Shown: piece after piece, positions 47,728 to 56,568 of the stretch
Layout of the letters: each line of letters opens with the position of its first letter
Numbering within the stretch: the first letter of the stretch is position 1
Assembly: GCA_964513505.1 (NCBI GenBank)
Contig: CAZENL010000002.1
Coordinates: 4,261 to 68,260, forward strand
DNA from: an uncultured Anaerolineaceae bacterium
GTDB lineage: Bacteria; Chloroflexota; Limnocylindria; Limnocylindrales; CSP1-4
DNA length: 64,000 nt
Reading direction: 5' to 3'
Notes under the pieces: model-generated
What the model was told of the DNA's origin: nothing
The model's database searches: none
What the model saw: only the letters and a program-made list of their open reading frames with translations
Position numbers and translations under genes: made by a program

Positions 47728-48786
47728 ATGCTCGACGCCTTCCTTGGCCTGTTCTCCCGCGACATCGGGATCGACCTCGGGACTGCGAACACGCTCGTAC
47801 ACGTCCGCGGCCGCGGCATCGTGATCAGCGAGCCGAGCGTGGTGGCCATCGACGCCAAGACCAAGAAGGTGCTGGAGGTCGGCGCGGAGGCCAAGCGCAT
47901 GATCGGCCGCACGCCGGGCAGCATCATCGCCGTCCGGCCGCTGCGCGACGGGGTCATCAGCGACTTCGACGTGACCGAGCAGATGATCAAGTACTTCGTG
48001 CAGCGCGTGCACGACCGGGTCGGCCTGATCCCGCGTCCGCGCATGCTGCTCGGGATCCCGTCCGGCGTCACCGAGGTGGAGAAGCGCGCCGTCCGCGACG
48101 CGGCCCTGAACGCCGGAGCCCGCTGGGCGCGCCTCATCGAGGAGCCCATGGCGGCCGCGATCGGCGCCGGCCTGCCGGTCGGTGAAGCCACCGGCAGCCT
48201 GATCGTGGACATCGGCGGCGGCACCACGGAAGTGGCCGTCATCAGCCTCGGCGGCATCGTGGTCAGCCGCAGCATCCGCATCGGCGGGGACGAGCTGGAC
48301 CAGGACATCATTTCCTACGCCAGGCGCGAGTACAACCTGCTGGTCGGTGAGCGCACCTCGGAAGACATCAAGATCGCCATCGGTTCCGCGTATCCCGGCC
48401 CGCACGATGAGCAGCACGTGACCCTCCGCGGCCGTGACCTGCTCACCGGCCTGCCGCGTTCCGTGGAGATCTCCGCCGATCAGATCCGGGAGGCGCTGGA
48501 GCTGTCGGTGCAGCAGATCGTTGACACGATCAAGGACACCATCGAGGAGACGCCGCCGGAACTGGTGGCGGACATCATGGACCAGGGCATCGTGCTCGCC
48601 GGCGGCGGTGCGTTGCTCCAGGGGCTGGACCGGCGGATCATGGAAGCCACCCAGATGCCGGTGCACATCGCGGACGATCCCCTCACCTGCGTTGCGCGTG
48701 GTACCGGGCGGGTGCTCGAGGACCTGGAGAATCCGATCATGCAGCGCGCACTGGTGGCGGAGACCTACTCCCGGCCGCCCCGCTAG
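47728..48786 (+). CDS. mreB: Rod-shape-determining protein MreB
   Basis: Actin-fold phosphate 1/2 and adenosine motifs (IGIDLGTANT, IVDIGGGTTEVAVIS) with full-length homology. Confidence 0.92.
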   Translation: MLDAFLGLFSRDIGIDLGTANTLVHVRGRGIVISEPSVVAIDAKTKKVLEVGAEAKRMIGRTPGSIIAVRPLRDGVISDFDVTEQMIKYFVQRVHDRVGLIPRPRMLLGIPSGVTEVEKRAVRDAALNAGARWARLIEEPMAAAIGAGLPVGEATGSLIVDIGGGTTEVAVISLGGIVVSRSIRIGGDELDQDIISYARREYNLLVGERTSEDIKIAIGSAYPGPHDEQHVTLRGRDLLTGLPRSVEISADQIREALELSVQQIVDTIKDTIEETPPELVADIMDQGIVLAGGGALLQGLDRRIMEATQMPVHIADDPLTCVARGTGRVLEDLENPIMQRALVAETYSRPPR

Positions 48787-48798
48787 GTCGGCGAGGGC

Positions 48799-49689
48799 GT
48801 GCTCCAGAACCGGGCGACGCGCCAGTCGCGCGCGACTCGCCGCTGGGTCATCACCTATTCGCTGCTGGTCGCCATCAGCCTCGTCCTGATCGCCGTGTCC
48901 AGCGCCGCGCCCATCCAGGAACTGCGCCGCGGCGTCATCTTCGCCATGTCGCCGATCCAGGGAGCCCTGTCCGGCGCGACCCGGTCGGCCACCTCCATCT
49001 TCGACGCCATCGGGCAGATCGACCAGCTGCGCAAGGAGAACCGCTCGCTCACCGATCAGGTCTCCGCGCTGGAGACGCAGATGCAGCAGCTGGAAACCCT
49101 CCGCACGGAGAACGATCGCCTGTCGGCGCTCCTCGGCATCAAGGCGACGCTCCACTACAACACGGTGGTCGGCGACGTCATCGGCCGCCAGACCACCGAC
49201 CAGGAACGGGTGATCACCCTGGACCGCGGCACGGACGACGGCGTGCTGATCGACGACCCGGTTCTGTCCGAAGGCGGAGCGCTGGTCGGAGTCGTGTCAG
49301 ATGCGGGCCGCAACTATGCGTCGGTGCTGCTGATCTCCGACCCGCGCTCCCTGGTCATCGGTCAGGACGTGCAGACCCGATCAACCGGTGAGCTCGTTGG
49401 CCACCTCTCGGGACTGCTGGCGCTGTCCAATATCCCGACCACCCAGCAGATCGCCAAGGACGACACCATCGTCACTGCCGGCGAGGATCTCGGGGGATCC
49501 AACCCGGCTGCGTTTCCGCACGGCCTGCTGATCGGGAGCGTCGTCGAGGTGGACAGCGACGCCAGCGCGGTGGTGCAGACGGCCCTGATCGTCCCCACGG
49601 CGAACCTCGATGACCTGGAACACGTCCTGGTGATCACGGACTTCACGCCCCCTCCGACCTCGTCGCCGAGCCCCTCGCCAAAGGGCTGA
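48799..49689 (+). CDS. mreC: Rod-shape-determining protein MreC
   Basis: N-terminal TM helix, coiled coil (LRKENRSLTDQVSALETQMQQLETLRTEN) and an MreC beta-domain. Directly downstream of mreB. Confidence 0.8.
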   Translation: MLQNRATRQSRATRRWVITYSLLVAISLVLIAVSSAAPIQELRRGVIFAMSPIQGALSGATRSATSIFDAIGQIDQLRKENRSLTDQVSALETQMQQLETLRTENDRLSALLGIKATLHYNTVVGDVIGRQTTDQERVITLDRGTDDGVLIDDPVLSEGGALVGVVSDAGRNYASVLLISDPRSLVIGQDVQTRSTGELVGHLSGLLALSNIPTTQQIAKDDTIVTAGEDLGGSNPAAFPHGLLIGSVVEVDSDASAVVQTALIVPTANLDDLEHVLVITDFTPPPTSSPSPSPKG

Positions 49690-49961
49690 CGCCGCCCGTT
49701 CCAATCGCTGCGCCGGACACGCCGAGGGCCGGCTTGCGTCGCAAATCCGGGCCGGCAAGGCCAGACCCCACCGGGCCGATCGTCCACCGCGTACCCGTAC
49801 CGCGGTTCCGCCTGGCATCCGGGCGGACGCCTCGCCACCACCCCTCTCCCTACCTAACTGCCCGTTTCTGGCAGATCGGTGGTGCGCGGCGCCCAACCCG
49901 GCCCACGCCTCTTGCAGCGGGGCCCCGGCGGACCTTCACCGCATGGTTTCGGGCCCTCCGT

Positions 49962-49979
49962 GACGTCAACGTTGACCTC
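49962..49979. promoter_or_regulatory. Near-perfect 18-bp palindrome GACGTCAACGTTGACCTC (core GTCAACGTTGAC is perfect), about 56 nt upstream of the secreted caspase-like gene
   Basis: Only one mismatch pair. It sits in a 345-bp non-coding gap after mreC. Confidence 0.35.
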
Positions 49980-50034
49980 GTTACCAGGTGCGTTGAAACC
50001 GGCGTGCCCCGCAACCGACCGGAGAGAACCCTTC

Positions 50035-51957
50035 ATGTCCCTCGCACCTGTTCGAGCAACCCCACGGATCATCACTCGCCGCCTGGGCTTCTTCGCCGCC
50101 GTGACGGCCGCGGTCTTCATGTTCAGCTTCACGAGCCTCGCCGCGACGGCGCAGGCGTCGTCCAGCACCACCGCCACGAACACCGCTGCGATGGTGTCCG
50201 ACGCGCATGCTGCCACCACCCACCCCGTGGGCACGGCCGCCTCCAAGAAAGCCGTCATCGTCGTCGGGCCCGTGGGCAGCCAGACTGCCGAGTACATCCA
50301 GGGCGCCACGGACATCGCCAACATCCTCAGCGCTGCCGGCATGCAGGTCGTCCTCATCCTGCCGCCGCACGCCACCTGGTCTGCCGTCGTCTCGGCTGCC
50401 AACGGCGCCGACTTCTTCGCCTACCTAGGCCACGGCAACGGCTGGCCCGCCCCCTACGGCACGTTCCGCGAAGACAGCAAGGACGGGTTGGGCCTGGACC
50501 CGACCGACGGGGATACCAACACCAACGACGTCACCTACTACGGCGCGAGCCTCATGAAGGCCTCCATCGTGCTAGCCCCCAACGCCATCGTGCTGCTGAA
50601 CCGCCTGTGCTATGCGGACGGCAACGGTGAGGGTGGCTCGGCCATCCCGACCCAGGATGTCGCCTTCCAGCGCGCAGACAACTTCGCCTCGGGCTTCCTC
50701 GCGATGGGCGCCAAGGTGGTCTTCGCACTCGGCTGGCAGCCGGGCTCGGACCTCGCCAACGCCCTCGTGAACACCCACGAGACCATGGACAACTTCTTCG
50801 AGTGGAAAGACGGCGAGGGCACGGAGCCCCAGTACCAGCCTTGGCACGGGTGGATCGGCTGGCAGCCCAACCTGTACCTGGGCTCGGTGCGCACCCCCGG
50901 TGCCGTCGTTCACCTGGACCCGCACCCGACGGCGGGCTACCTCCGAGCCGTCACCGGCGACCTCAGCTTCACCACCGACCAGTGGTGGGGAGGGACCGAT
51001 AGCGGCGACACCACGCCCCCCGCGGTCACCAGCCTGACCACCGGCTCCGTCACCAACACCAGCCCCGCATACGGGGACAGCACCCCGGTCTTCACGCCCA
51101 ACGGCGACGGCATCAGCGACACCCTGACGATCAAGCACACGCTCTCCGAGGCGTCCTACCTGGACATCTCCGTCGCCCGCCCGGGTGGCACGGTCGTGCG
51201 TGACTTCACGAGCTATTCGGAACAGGGCGCCACGTCCGATGTCTGGAATGGCAGGAACGATTCCGCGAGCATCGTCCCTGACGGCACCTACACCGTCACC
51301 GTGACGCCCAGGGATCGCGCCGGCAATGTCGGCCCCGCGGTCTCCATCAACGTCGATGTGCTCACGGCGATGCGTTCGCCCAAGGCAAGCCCCAGCCAGT
51401 TCTATGCAGCCGACGGCGACACGCTGGCTCAGGCCCAGACGCAGAAGGTCACTTTGGATGAGCCCGCCAACCTGACGTGGGTCATCAAGGACGCCACCGG
51501 TGCCGTGGTCCGCCACGTGATGACCAACGAGTACCACCCGGTGGGCCTGGTTTCCTGGGCCTGGGACGGCCGCAACGATGCCGCTGCCTACGTGCCGGAT
51601 GGCGTGTACACCATCAGCATCACCGCCGGCACGGCCCAGGGCACCTACAGCCACGAAGTCCGTGTCACCGTGGCCCCCTTCAAGGTCACCACGAGCGCAT
51701 CGAGCGCCTCCGCCGGCCAGACGATCAAGCTGACCATCATTGCCGCGGAGGCCCAGAAGGGCTGGCCGAAGGTGACCGTCACGCAGCCCGGACTCGCCAA
51801 GTACTCGCTCCGCCTGGTCAAGTCCTCCACCACCAAGTTCGCGGCAACCTTCAAGCTGAGGGCGGGCGGACTGCCCGGCGTCGTGACCTTCCGGATCTCC
51901 GGCACGGACGCCAAAGGCGGCGTCGACACCCGGTTCTTCACCATCACCATGCTGTAA
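50035..51957 (+). CDS. Secreted protein: N-terminal caspase/gingipain-like (clan CD-like) domain plus two C-terminal FlgD-Ig-like domains
   Basis: Signal peptide (MSLAPV...TSLAATAQA), with a GGAGAG Shine-Dalgarno 8 nt upstream. Candidate His/Cys dyad: FAYLGHGNGW...~58 aa...LLNRLCYADG, after beta-strand AVIVVG. Two FlgD-Ig-like repeats (TPNGDGISDT...VRDFTS...VWNGRNDSASIVPDGTYTVTV...AGN). Confidence 0.6.
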   Translation: MSLAPVRATPRIITRRLGFFAAVTAAVFMFSFTSLAATAQASSSTTATNTAAMVSDAHAATTHPVGTAASKKAVIVVGPVGSQTAEYIQGATDIANILSAAGMQVVLILPPHATWSAVVSAANGADFFAYLGHGNGWPAPYGTFREDSKDGLGLDPTDGDTNTNDVTYYGASLMKASIVLAPNAIVLLNRLCYADGNGEGGSAIPTQDVAFQRADNFASGFLAMGAKVVFALGWQPGSDLANALVNTHETMDNFFEWKDGEGTEPQYQPWHGWIGWQPNLYLGSVRTPGAVVHLDPHPTAGYLRAVTGDLSFTTDQWWGGTDSGDTTPPAVTSLTTGSVTNTSPAYGDSTPVFTPNGDGISDTLTIKHTLSEASYLDISVARPGGTVVRDFTSYSEQGATSDVWNGRNDSASIVPDGTYTVTVTPRDRAGNVGPAVSINVDVLTAMRSPKASPSQFYAADGDTLAQAQTQKVTLDEPANLTWVIKDATGAVVRHVMTNEYHPVGLVSWAWDGRNDAAAYVPDGVYTISITAGTAQGTYSHEVRVTVAPFKVTTSASSASAGQTIKLTIIAAEAQKGWPKVTVTQPGLAKYSLRLVKSSTTKFAATFKLRAGGLPGVVTFRISGTDAKGGVDTRFFTITML

Positions 51958-52092
51958 ACCCAATGCTGCCGGCGCCTCCAACCACGAAGCGGGGGGAGGG
52001 CGCGCCGGGCGCATCGATGGCCCGATCCGCTGCGGACCGGGCCATCGCCCTATGGCGGGGCGGCCGGAGCGGCGCCGCCCGATAGACTGGCG

Positions 52093-52908
52093 GTGATGAC
52101 CGATCCGCAGCCCGACGATCAGGCCGCCTACGCGGACACGTGGATCGTCGTACCCACCTACAACGAGGCGGACAACGTCTCGGCGATTGCGGCTGCGATC
52201 CTGGAACGTCTTCCCGGCTCGACCGTGCTGGTCGTGGATGACGCCTCCCCGGACGGAACGGGCCGCATCGCCGACGAGCTGGCCGCCGCGAACCCGTCCG
52301 TCCGTGTCCAGCACCGGCCGAAGAAGCTCGGCCTCGGACGTGCCTATATCGACGGATTCCACGTGGCGCTGGCCGGTGGCGCGCGGCGGGTGGTCCAGAT
52401 GGACGCCGACTGGTCGCACGATCCTGTGTACCTGCCCGCGCTCGTCGGCGCGGTGCGCGAGCGAGAGGACGGCCCGGGCTTCGACCTGGTGATCGGTTCG
52501 CGCTACGTGACCGGTGGCGGCGTGAAGGATTGGGGCTTCTTTCGCCGCTTCGTCTCCCGCGGCGGCTCCATGTTCGCCCGGATCGTGCTGGGCCTCCAGC
52601 CGCGCGACCTGACCGGCGGCTTCAAGGCCTGGCGCCGCGAAGCCCTGGAGGTGGTTCCGTGGGAGCGCGTGCACTCCGGCGGCTATGTCTTCCAGATCGA
52701 GGCCACCTACCTCGCCACGCGGGCCGGCGCGAGCGTGACGGAGGTGCCCATCGTCTTCTCGGACCGCCGCGTCGGCGTGAGCAAGATGTCGCGCCGGATC
52801 ATCGCCGAAGCGCTCATCGTGGTCCTGCGCTTGCGCTGGGAGGAGCTGCGCGGTCGCGGACCCGCACGCCACGACCGGCTGCCCGCCGCGCCAGGGTCCG
52901 GAGGCTGA
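52093..52908 (+). CDS. Polyprenol-phosphate mannosyltransferase-like GT2 glycosyltransferase (Ppm1/DPM1 type)
   Basis: GT-A motifs (VVPTYNEADN, VVDDASPDGT, DADWSHDP). No membrane domain. Confidence 0.85.
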   Translation: MMTDPQPDDQAAYADTWIVVPTYNEADNVSAIAAAILERLPGSTVLVVDDASPDGTGRIADELAAANPSVRVQHRPKKLGLGRAYIDGFHVALAGGARRVVQMDADWSHDPVYLPALVGAVREREDGPGFDLVIGSRYVTGGGVKDWGFFRRFVSRGGSMFARIVLGLQPRDLTGGFKAWRREALEVVPWERVHSGGYVFQIEATYLATRAGASVTEVPIVFSDRRVGVSKMSRRIIAEALIVVLRLRWEELRGRGPARHDRLPAAPGSGG

Positions 52909-54251
52909 TGGCCAAACTTGCGGACCTGCGCGTTCCGGAGCAGCGACCCCGAGGGACGCGCGTGGTCCTGGATGCGCGGCCGCTCCAGGAGCCGACCCGG
53001 GCACCGATCACTGCGAGCTACCTGGACGGGCTGCTGACCGCCTATGCCGAACGGCCGTTGCCCGGCGAGAGCTTCCTGCTGCTGCTGCGCCTCATGCGTG
53101 AGGACCCGACGGAAGCGCTGCAGGAGCGCGGCCTGGCCGTGGCTGGGCGACGCAAGCTGCCGCCCACCAGCCGCACGTTCCGGTCCGCCGGCCTCACCAT
53201 CGACTCGTTCCTGTTGCGCGGCGCCTCCGTGCGCGGCGGTGGTCCGCGTCCGCCCGACGAACCAGCCACCGACGACGCCGCGGCCGTTGCCTCCACGGCG
53301 GCCGAGGCCACCGCGGCAGGGGCGGTGTTCCACACGGCCGGCGGTGCCGTCCCACTCCGTTCGCGGCTCCCGGTCGTGGCCACGCTCCTGGATCTTGCCC
53401 CGTGGGAACTGCCCGAGCGATACGCGGACAGCGTCGCGGCACGTTTCGGACATCGTCTTCGGGCGCGGAGCCTCCGGGACGCGAGCCGGGTGATCACGGC
53501 CTCCCGTGCCACGGCCGCGTCGGCCGTGACGCTGCTGCATCTTCGGCCCGAGCAGATCGAGGTCGTGCCGCTGGCCGCGGGTCCCGCCTTCCACCCGGGT
53601 GCTGCGGAGCCCGGCCTGGTGGCCAATCTGCGGTCTCGCTTCGACCTGCCGGAGCGCTATCTGGTCTTCTCCGGCCGCTACGACGCACGCAAGGACCTGG
53701 CCACGCTCTTCGCCGCCCTGGCGGCCCTGCGGGAGCAGGCACCTCCACGGGGAGCGGCCCGCAGCGCCACCGCTTCCGTCGCCTGGCCGCCGGTCGTGGT
53801 GCTGGCCGGCGCGGGTGGCACGGACGTGGACGACACGCTGGCCGTGGCTCGGGCGGCACGCCACGCAAGCGTCGCGGAGCTGGTGCGGCTCACGCCGCGC
53901 CTGGAGACGGCCGAGCTGGCCGCGCTGGAGGCCGCCTCGATCGGGCACATCCAGCCGGCGCTGTCCGATGGCACGGGACTCGCCGTCCTGGAGGCGCTGG
54001 CGATCGGCGTGCCGGTCATCGCGTCCCGGGTTGGCGCGCTCCCCGAGATCGTCGGCACGGCCGGAATCGTGGTGGAGCCGAAGAACCCGGCTCGCCTTGC
54101 GACGGCGATCCGCGCGCTCTGGGAGGACGGCGCGGTGGCGCGCCAGGTGACCAAGGCCGCCGCCGCTCGCGCGAAGGGACCGCGCCGAACGTGGGCTGAT
54201 GTGGCCGAGGACACCCGTCGGGTCTATGAGAAGGCGGCCACCGAAGGCTGA
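52908..54251 (+). CDS. GT4-family (GT-B) glycosyltransferase
   Basis: Its start overlaps the upstream stop (TGATG). The C-terminal GT4 donor-binding region is GLAVLEALAIGVPVIASRVGALPEIV. The first 126 codons of the ORF-track entry are in the overlap frame of the GT2 gene and were discarded. Confidence 0.75.
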   Translation: MAKLADLRVPEQRPRGTRVVLDARPLQEPTRAPITASYLDGLLTAYAERPLPGESFLLLLRLMREDPTEALQERGLAVAGRRKLPPTSRTFRSAGLTIDSFLLRGASVRGGGPRPPDEPATDDAAAVASTAAEATAAGAVFHTAGGAVPLRSRLPVVATLLDLAPWELPERYADSVAARFGHRLRARSLRDASRVITASRATAASAVTLLHLRPEQIEVVPLAAGPAFHPGAAEPGLVANLRSRFDLPERYLVFSGRYDARKDLATLFAALAALREQAPPRGAARSATASVAWPPVVVLAGAGGTDVDDTLAVARAARHASVAELVRLTPRLETAELAALEAASIGHIQPALSDGTGLAVLEALAIGVPVIASRVGALPEIVGTAGIVVEPKNPARLATAIRALWEDGAVARQVTKAAAARAKGPRRTWADVAEDTRRVYEKAATEG

Positions 54252-54351
54252 CCGGTCGCCGACGGGCCTCGCCACGGGTGTGCCGAATGGTCCTGCTAGG
54301 CTAGCCGTCACGCTCCCGAGAGGCGCCAGCCCAGCGCGCCGACGAACGAGG

Positions 54352-55194
54352 ATGACATCCGTGGCCACGCAGGACGGACGAGCGGAAGACGATCACAAGC
54401 TCGAGAGCGCGGAGGAGCTGGCCGCGGTCGAGGCGGCGGTGGAATCCCAGAACACCGGGCAGGAAGACCTCAGCTGGGCCACCATGCCGGCGGACTCGGA
54501 TGCTCCCTGGACGCCGCCGGCCGCCGAGGCGCCCGCCACGCCCGAGGCGGCCGCCGCGCCGGAGAAACCCGCCGCGCCCGACGCGCCTGACGAATCGCCA
54601 TCGGCCGCCGCAGGGTCTTCCTCAGAGGAAGCGGCAGCGGGCGACGAGGCCGCAACCGCCGAGTTGGCCGGGAAGCCAAAGAAGGCCGCCGCTCGCCGCA
54701 AGCGCGACGCAGCGCCGGAGGCCACGGCAGAAGTCCCCGCGGTTCCGGCTCAGAAAGATGCCCATCCAGACGCCGCCGCGGCAGTCGAGCCCGATGCCCG
54801 ACCTGCCGGATCGGCGGCGCGGGCGAAGCACGTCGCCATCTCCATGGGTGGAGCCGAGTCCGTCAAGGCCGAGCACGTGAGCATCAGCCAGGGCGGCGCC
54901 CAATCCGTCACGGCCGACGAGGTGCGCATCTCACAGGGCGGAGCCAGCTACGTCCACGGTCAGACCGTCCACATCGAGATGGGTGGGGCGGGAATGATCC
55001 AGGCCGACCGCGTCAGCCTGGAAGGATCCGGTGCGTTCGCCATCAACGCGCGGCGCGTGGACGCCACCAACAGCACCGCGTTCATCGTGATCACGCGGAA
55101 CGCCTCCGGCTTGAGGGTCCTCTTTGACTGGCGTGGCGCGGCGCTCACGTTCCTGTCGCTGCTGCTCCTGCGGCGCATCCTGCGGCGGCGGTAG
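54352..55194 (+). CDS. Tail-anchored repeat protein: acidic Ala/Pro/Glu-rich N-terminus, ~15-residue beta-solenoid-like repeats, C-terminal hydrophobic anchor
   Basis: Repeats are AISMGGAESVKAEH / VSISQGGAQSVTADE / VRISQGGASYVHGQT / VHIEMGGAGMIQADR / VSLEGSGAFAINARR. C-terminal LTFLSLLLLRRILRRR. Start chosen at MTSVATQDG. Confidence 0.5.
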   Translation: MTSVATQDGRAEDDHKLESAEELAAVEAAVESQNTGQEDLSWATMPADSDAPWTPPAAEAPATPEAAAAPEKPAAPDAPDESPSAAAGSSSEEAAAGDEAATAELAGKPKKAAARRKRDAAPEATAEVPAVPAQKDAHPDAAAAVEPDARPAGSAARAKHVAISMGGAESVKAEHVSISQGGAQSVTADEVRISQGGASYVHGQTVHIEMGGAGMIQADRVSLEGSGAFAINARRVDATNSTAFIVITRNASGLRVLFDWRGAALTFLSLLLLRRILRRR

Positions 55195-55203
55195 CCCGCC
55201 CGC

Positions 55204-56568
55204 GTGACCACTGACGTCGCGGAGACCAAGACCGAGTCCGGCGCCCCTCAACGCGGACTCCGCGTCACGATCGTCGCGGCCAATCCCTTCGAGTTCGACT
55301 CGCGCTTCTTGCGCACGGCCACGAGCCTCGCCGCGGACGGCCACACGCTCCGCATCCTCGGCTGGCCGGGCCCGAATCTGCCGGAGAAGGAAACCCTCGC
55401 GCCCGGCGTGGAACTCCAGCGGCTGGACATCGACCGTCGCATCTCCACGGGGCTTCGGCCGCTGCCATGGCCGATCCGGGCCGCCATCTCCCGAGCCATC
55501 GGCCTGGATCCCAGTGCCATCGTGCTTCCCCCGGACGCTCCCGTGGGGCTGGATCGTCTGCGGCATCCGGTGCGCCGGACGCTTGAGCTGGTCGCCAACG
55601 TGCGGCGCGCGGGTCCGTGGACCACGGCCGTGCTGGAGGCCGCCCCGGAAACGGAGGTGTTTCACGCCCAGTCGCTGATCGTGCTGCCGGTCGTCCGTGC
55701 GGCGGCAAAGAAGGTGGGCGGCCGTTTCGTCTACGACGTTGCCGACTACCACACGGAGGCAGCACGCCTGGCGCGCATGCCCGGTCCGATCCGCGAGCTG
55801 TTCCGTCGCCGGGAGCGCAGCTGGGCGCGAGACGCATCCGGCTTCCTCGCCGTGAGCGAGCCGGTGGCCACGCTCGTGGAGCGCCGCTGGGGCGTGCCCA
55901 AGCCGGCCGTCCTGTTCAACTGCCCGCCGGCCTGGCGGCCGGATGAGCCGGGCCCGATCGCCAGCAGCCGGATCCTCGATGCGCTCGGCCTCGCCGCTGA
56001 GCGTCCGGTGGTGCTGTACCAGGGTGGCTTCAGCGTCGATCGCGGCATCGAGGAGCTGGCGGCCGCGGCCCGCGACGAAGCGCTCCGGGACCTGGACGCG
56101 GCCGTGGTGTTCATGGGCTACGGCCGGTTGGAAGCTTACGTCGAGGGGCAGGTTCGGCAGCAGCCGGGCCGCGTGTACCGGTTGCCTGCCGTGCCGCCGG
56201 ACGAGTTGCTGGAGTGGACCGCCAGCGCCGATGTGTCGTTCGTCGGACAGCCGCCACGGACCCTGAACCAGAAGATGAATCTGCCGAACAAGCTGTTCGA
56301 GAGCATCATGGCCGGCGTCCCCGTGGTGGTTAGCAAGGGCAATGAGCAGTGCCGGCTGGTGACTGCGGAGGCAGTCGGGACGTGTTGCGACGTGGATTCT
56401 CCGACGGCAGTGGCGGAGGCCATCGCAAAGATCCTCTCCGCCCCTGACTTCGAGCGACAGCGGCTGAGGGCGCATTGCAGATCGGTTGCCCTCGCGAAGT
56501 ACACCTGGGATCTCAACGCCGGCGGCCTGCTGGCGCTCTACCGAGGGCTTGCGGAGCGTCCCGCGTGA
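55204..56568 (+). CDS. GT4-family glycosyltransferase (paralogue 1)
   Basis: GTG start. GT-B fold with an E-x7-E-like C-terminal region (KLFESIMAGVPVVVSKGNEQ). Confidence 0.8.
   Translation: MTTDVAETKTESGAPQRGLRVTIVAANPFEFDSRFLRTATSLAADGHTLRILGWPGPNLPEKETLAPGVELQRLDIDRRISTGLRPLPWPIRAAISRAIGLDPSAIVLPPDAPVGLDRLRHPVRRTLELVANVRRAGPWTTAVLEAAPETEVFHAQSLIVLPVVRAAAKKVGGRFVYDVADYHTEAARLARMPGPIRELFRRRERSWARDASGFLAVSEPVATLVERRWGVPKPAVLFNCPPAWRPDEPGPIASSRILDALGLAAERPVVLYQGGFSVDRGIEELAAAARDEALRDLDAAVVFMGYGRLEAYVEGQVRQQPGRVYRLPAVPPDELLEWTASADVSFVGQPPRTLNQKMNLPNKLFESIMAGVPVVVSKGNEQCRLVTAEAVGTCCDVDSPTAVAEAIAKILSAPDFERQRLRAHCRSVALAKYTWDLNAGGLLALYRGLAERPA

Noticed and set aside
47299-49155. 618-aa - ORF
   Set aside because: It is antisense to mreB and mreC.
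52530-52907. First 126 codons of the 573-aa + ORF
   Set aside because: They lie in the +1 frame overlapping the GT2 gene. The GT4 protein starts at the ATG in TGATG at 52908.
50572-53004. 810-aa - ORF
   Set aside because: It is antisense to the secreted caspase-like gene and the GT2 gene, and is rich in Arg/Gly/Asp.
52707-56475. Long - ORFs 52707..54368 and 54931..56475
   Set aside because: They are antisense to GT4 genes and have no domains.
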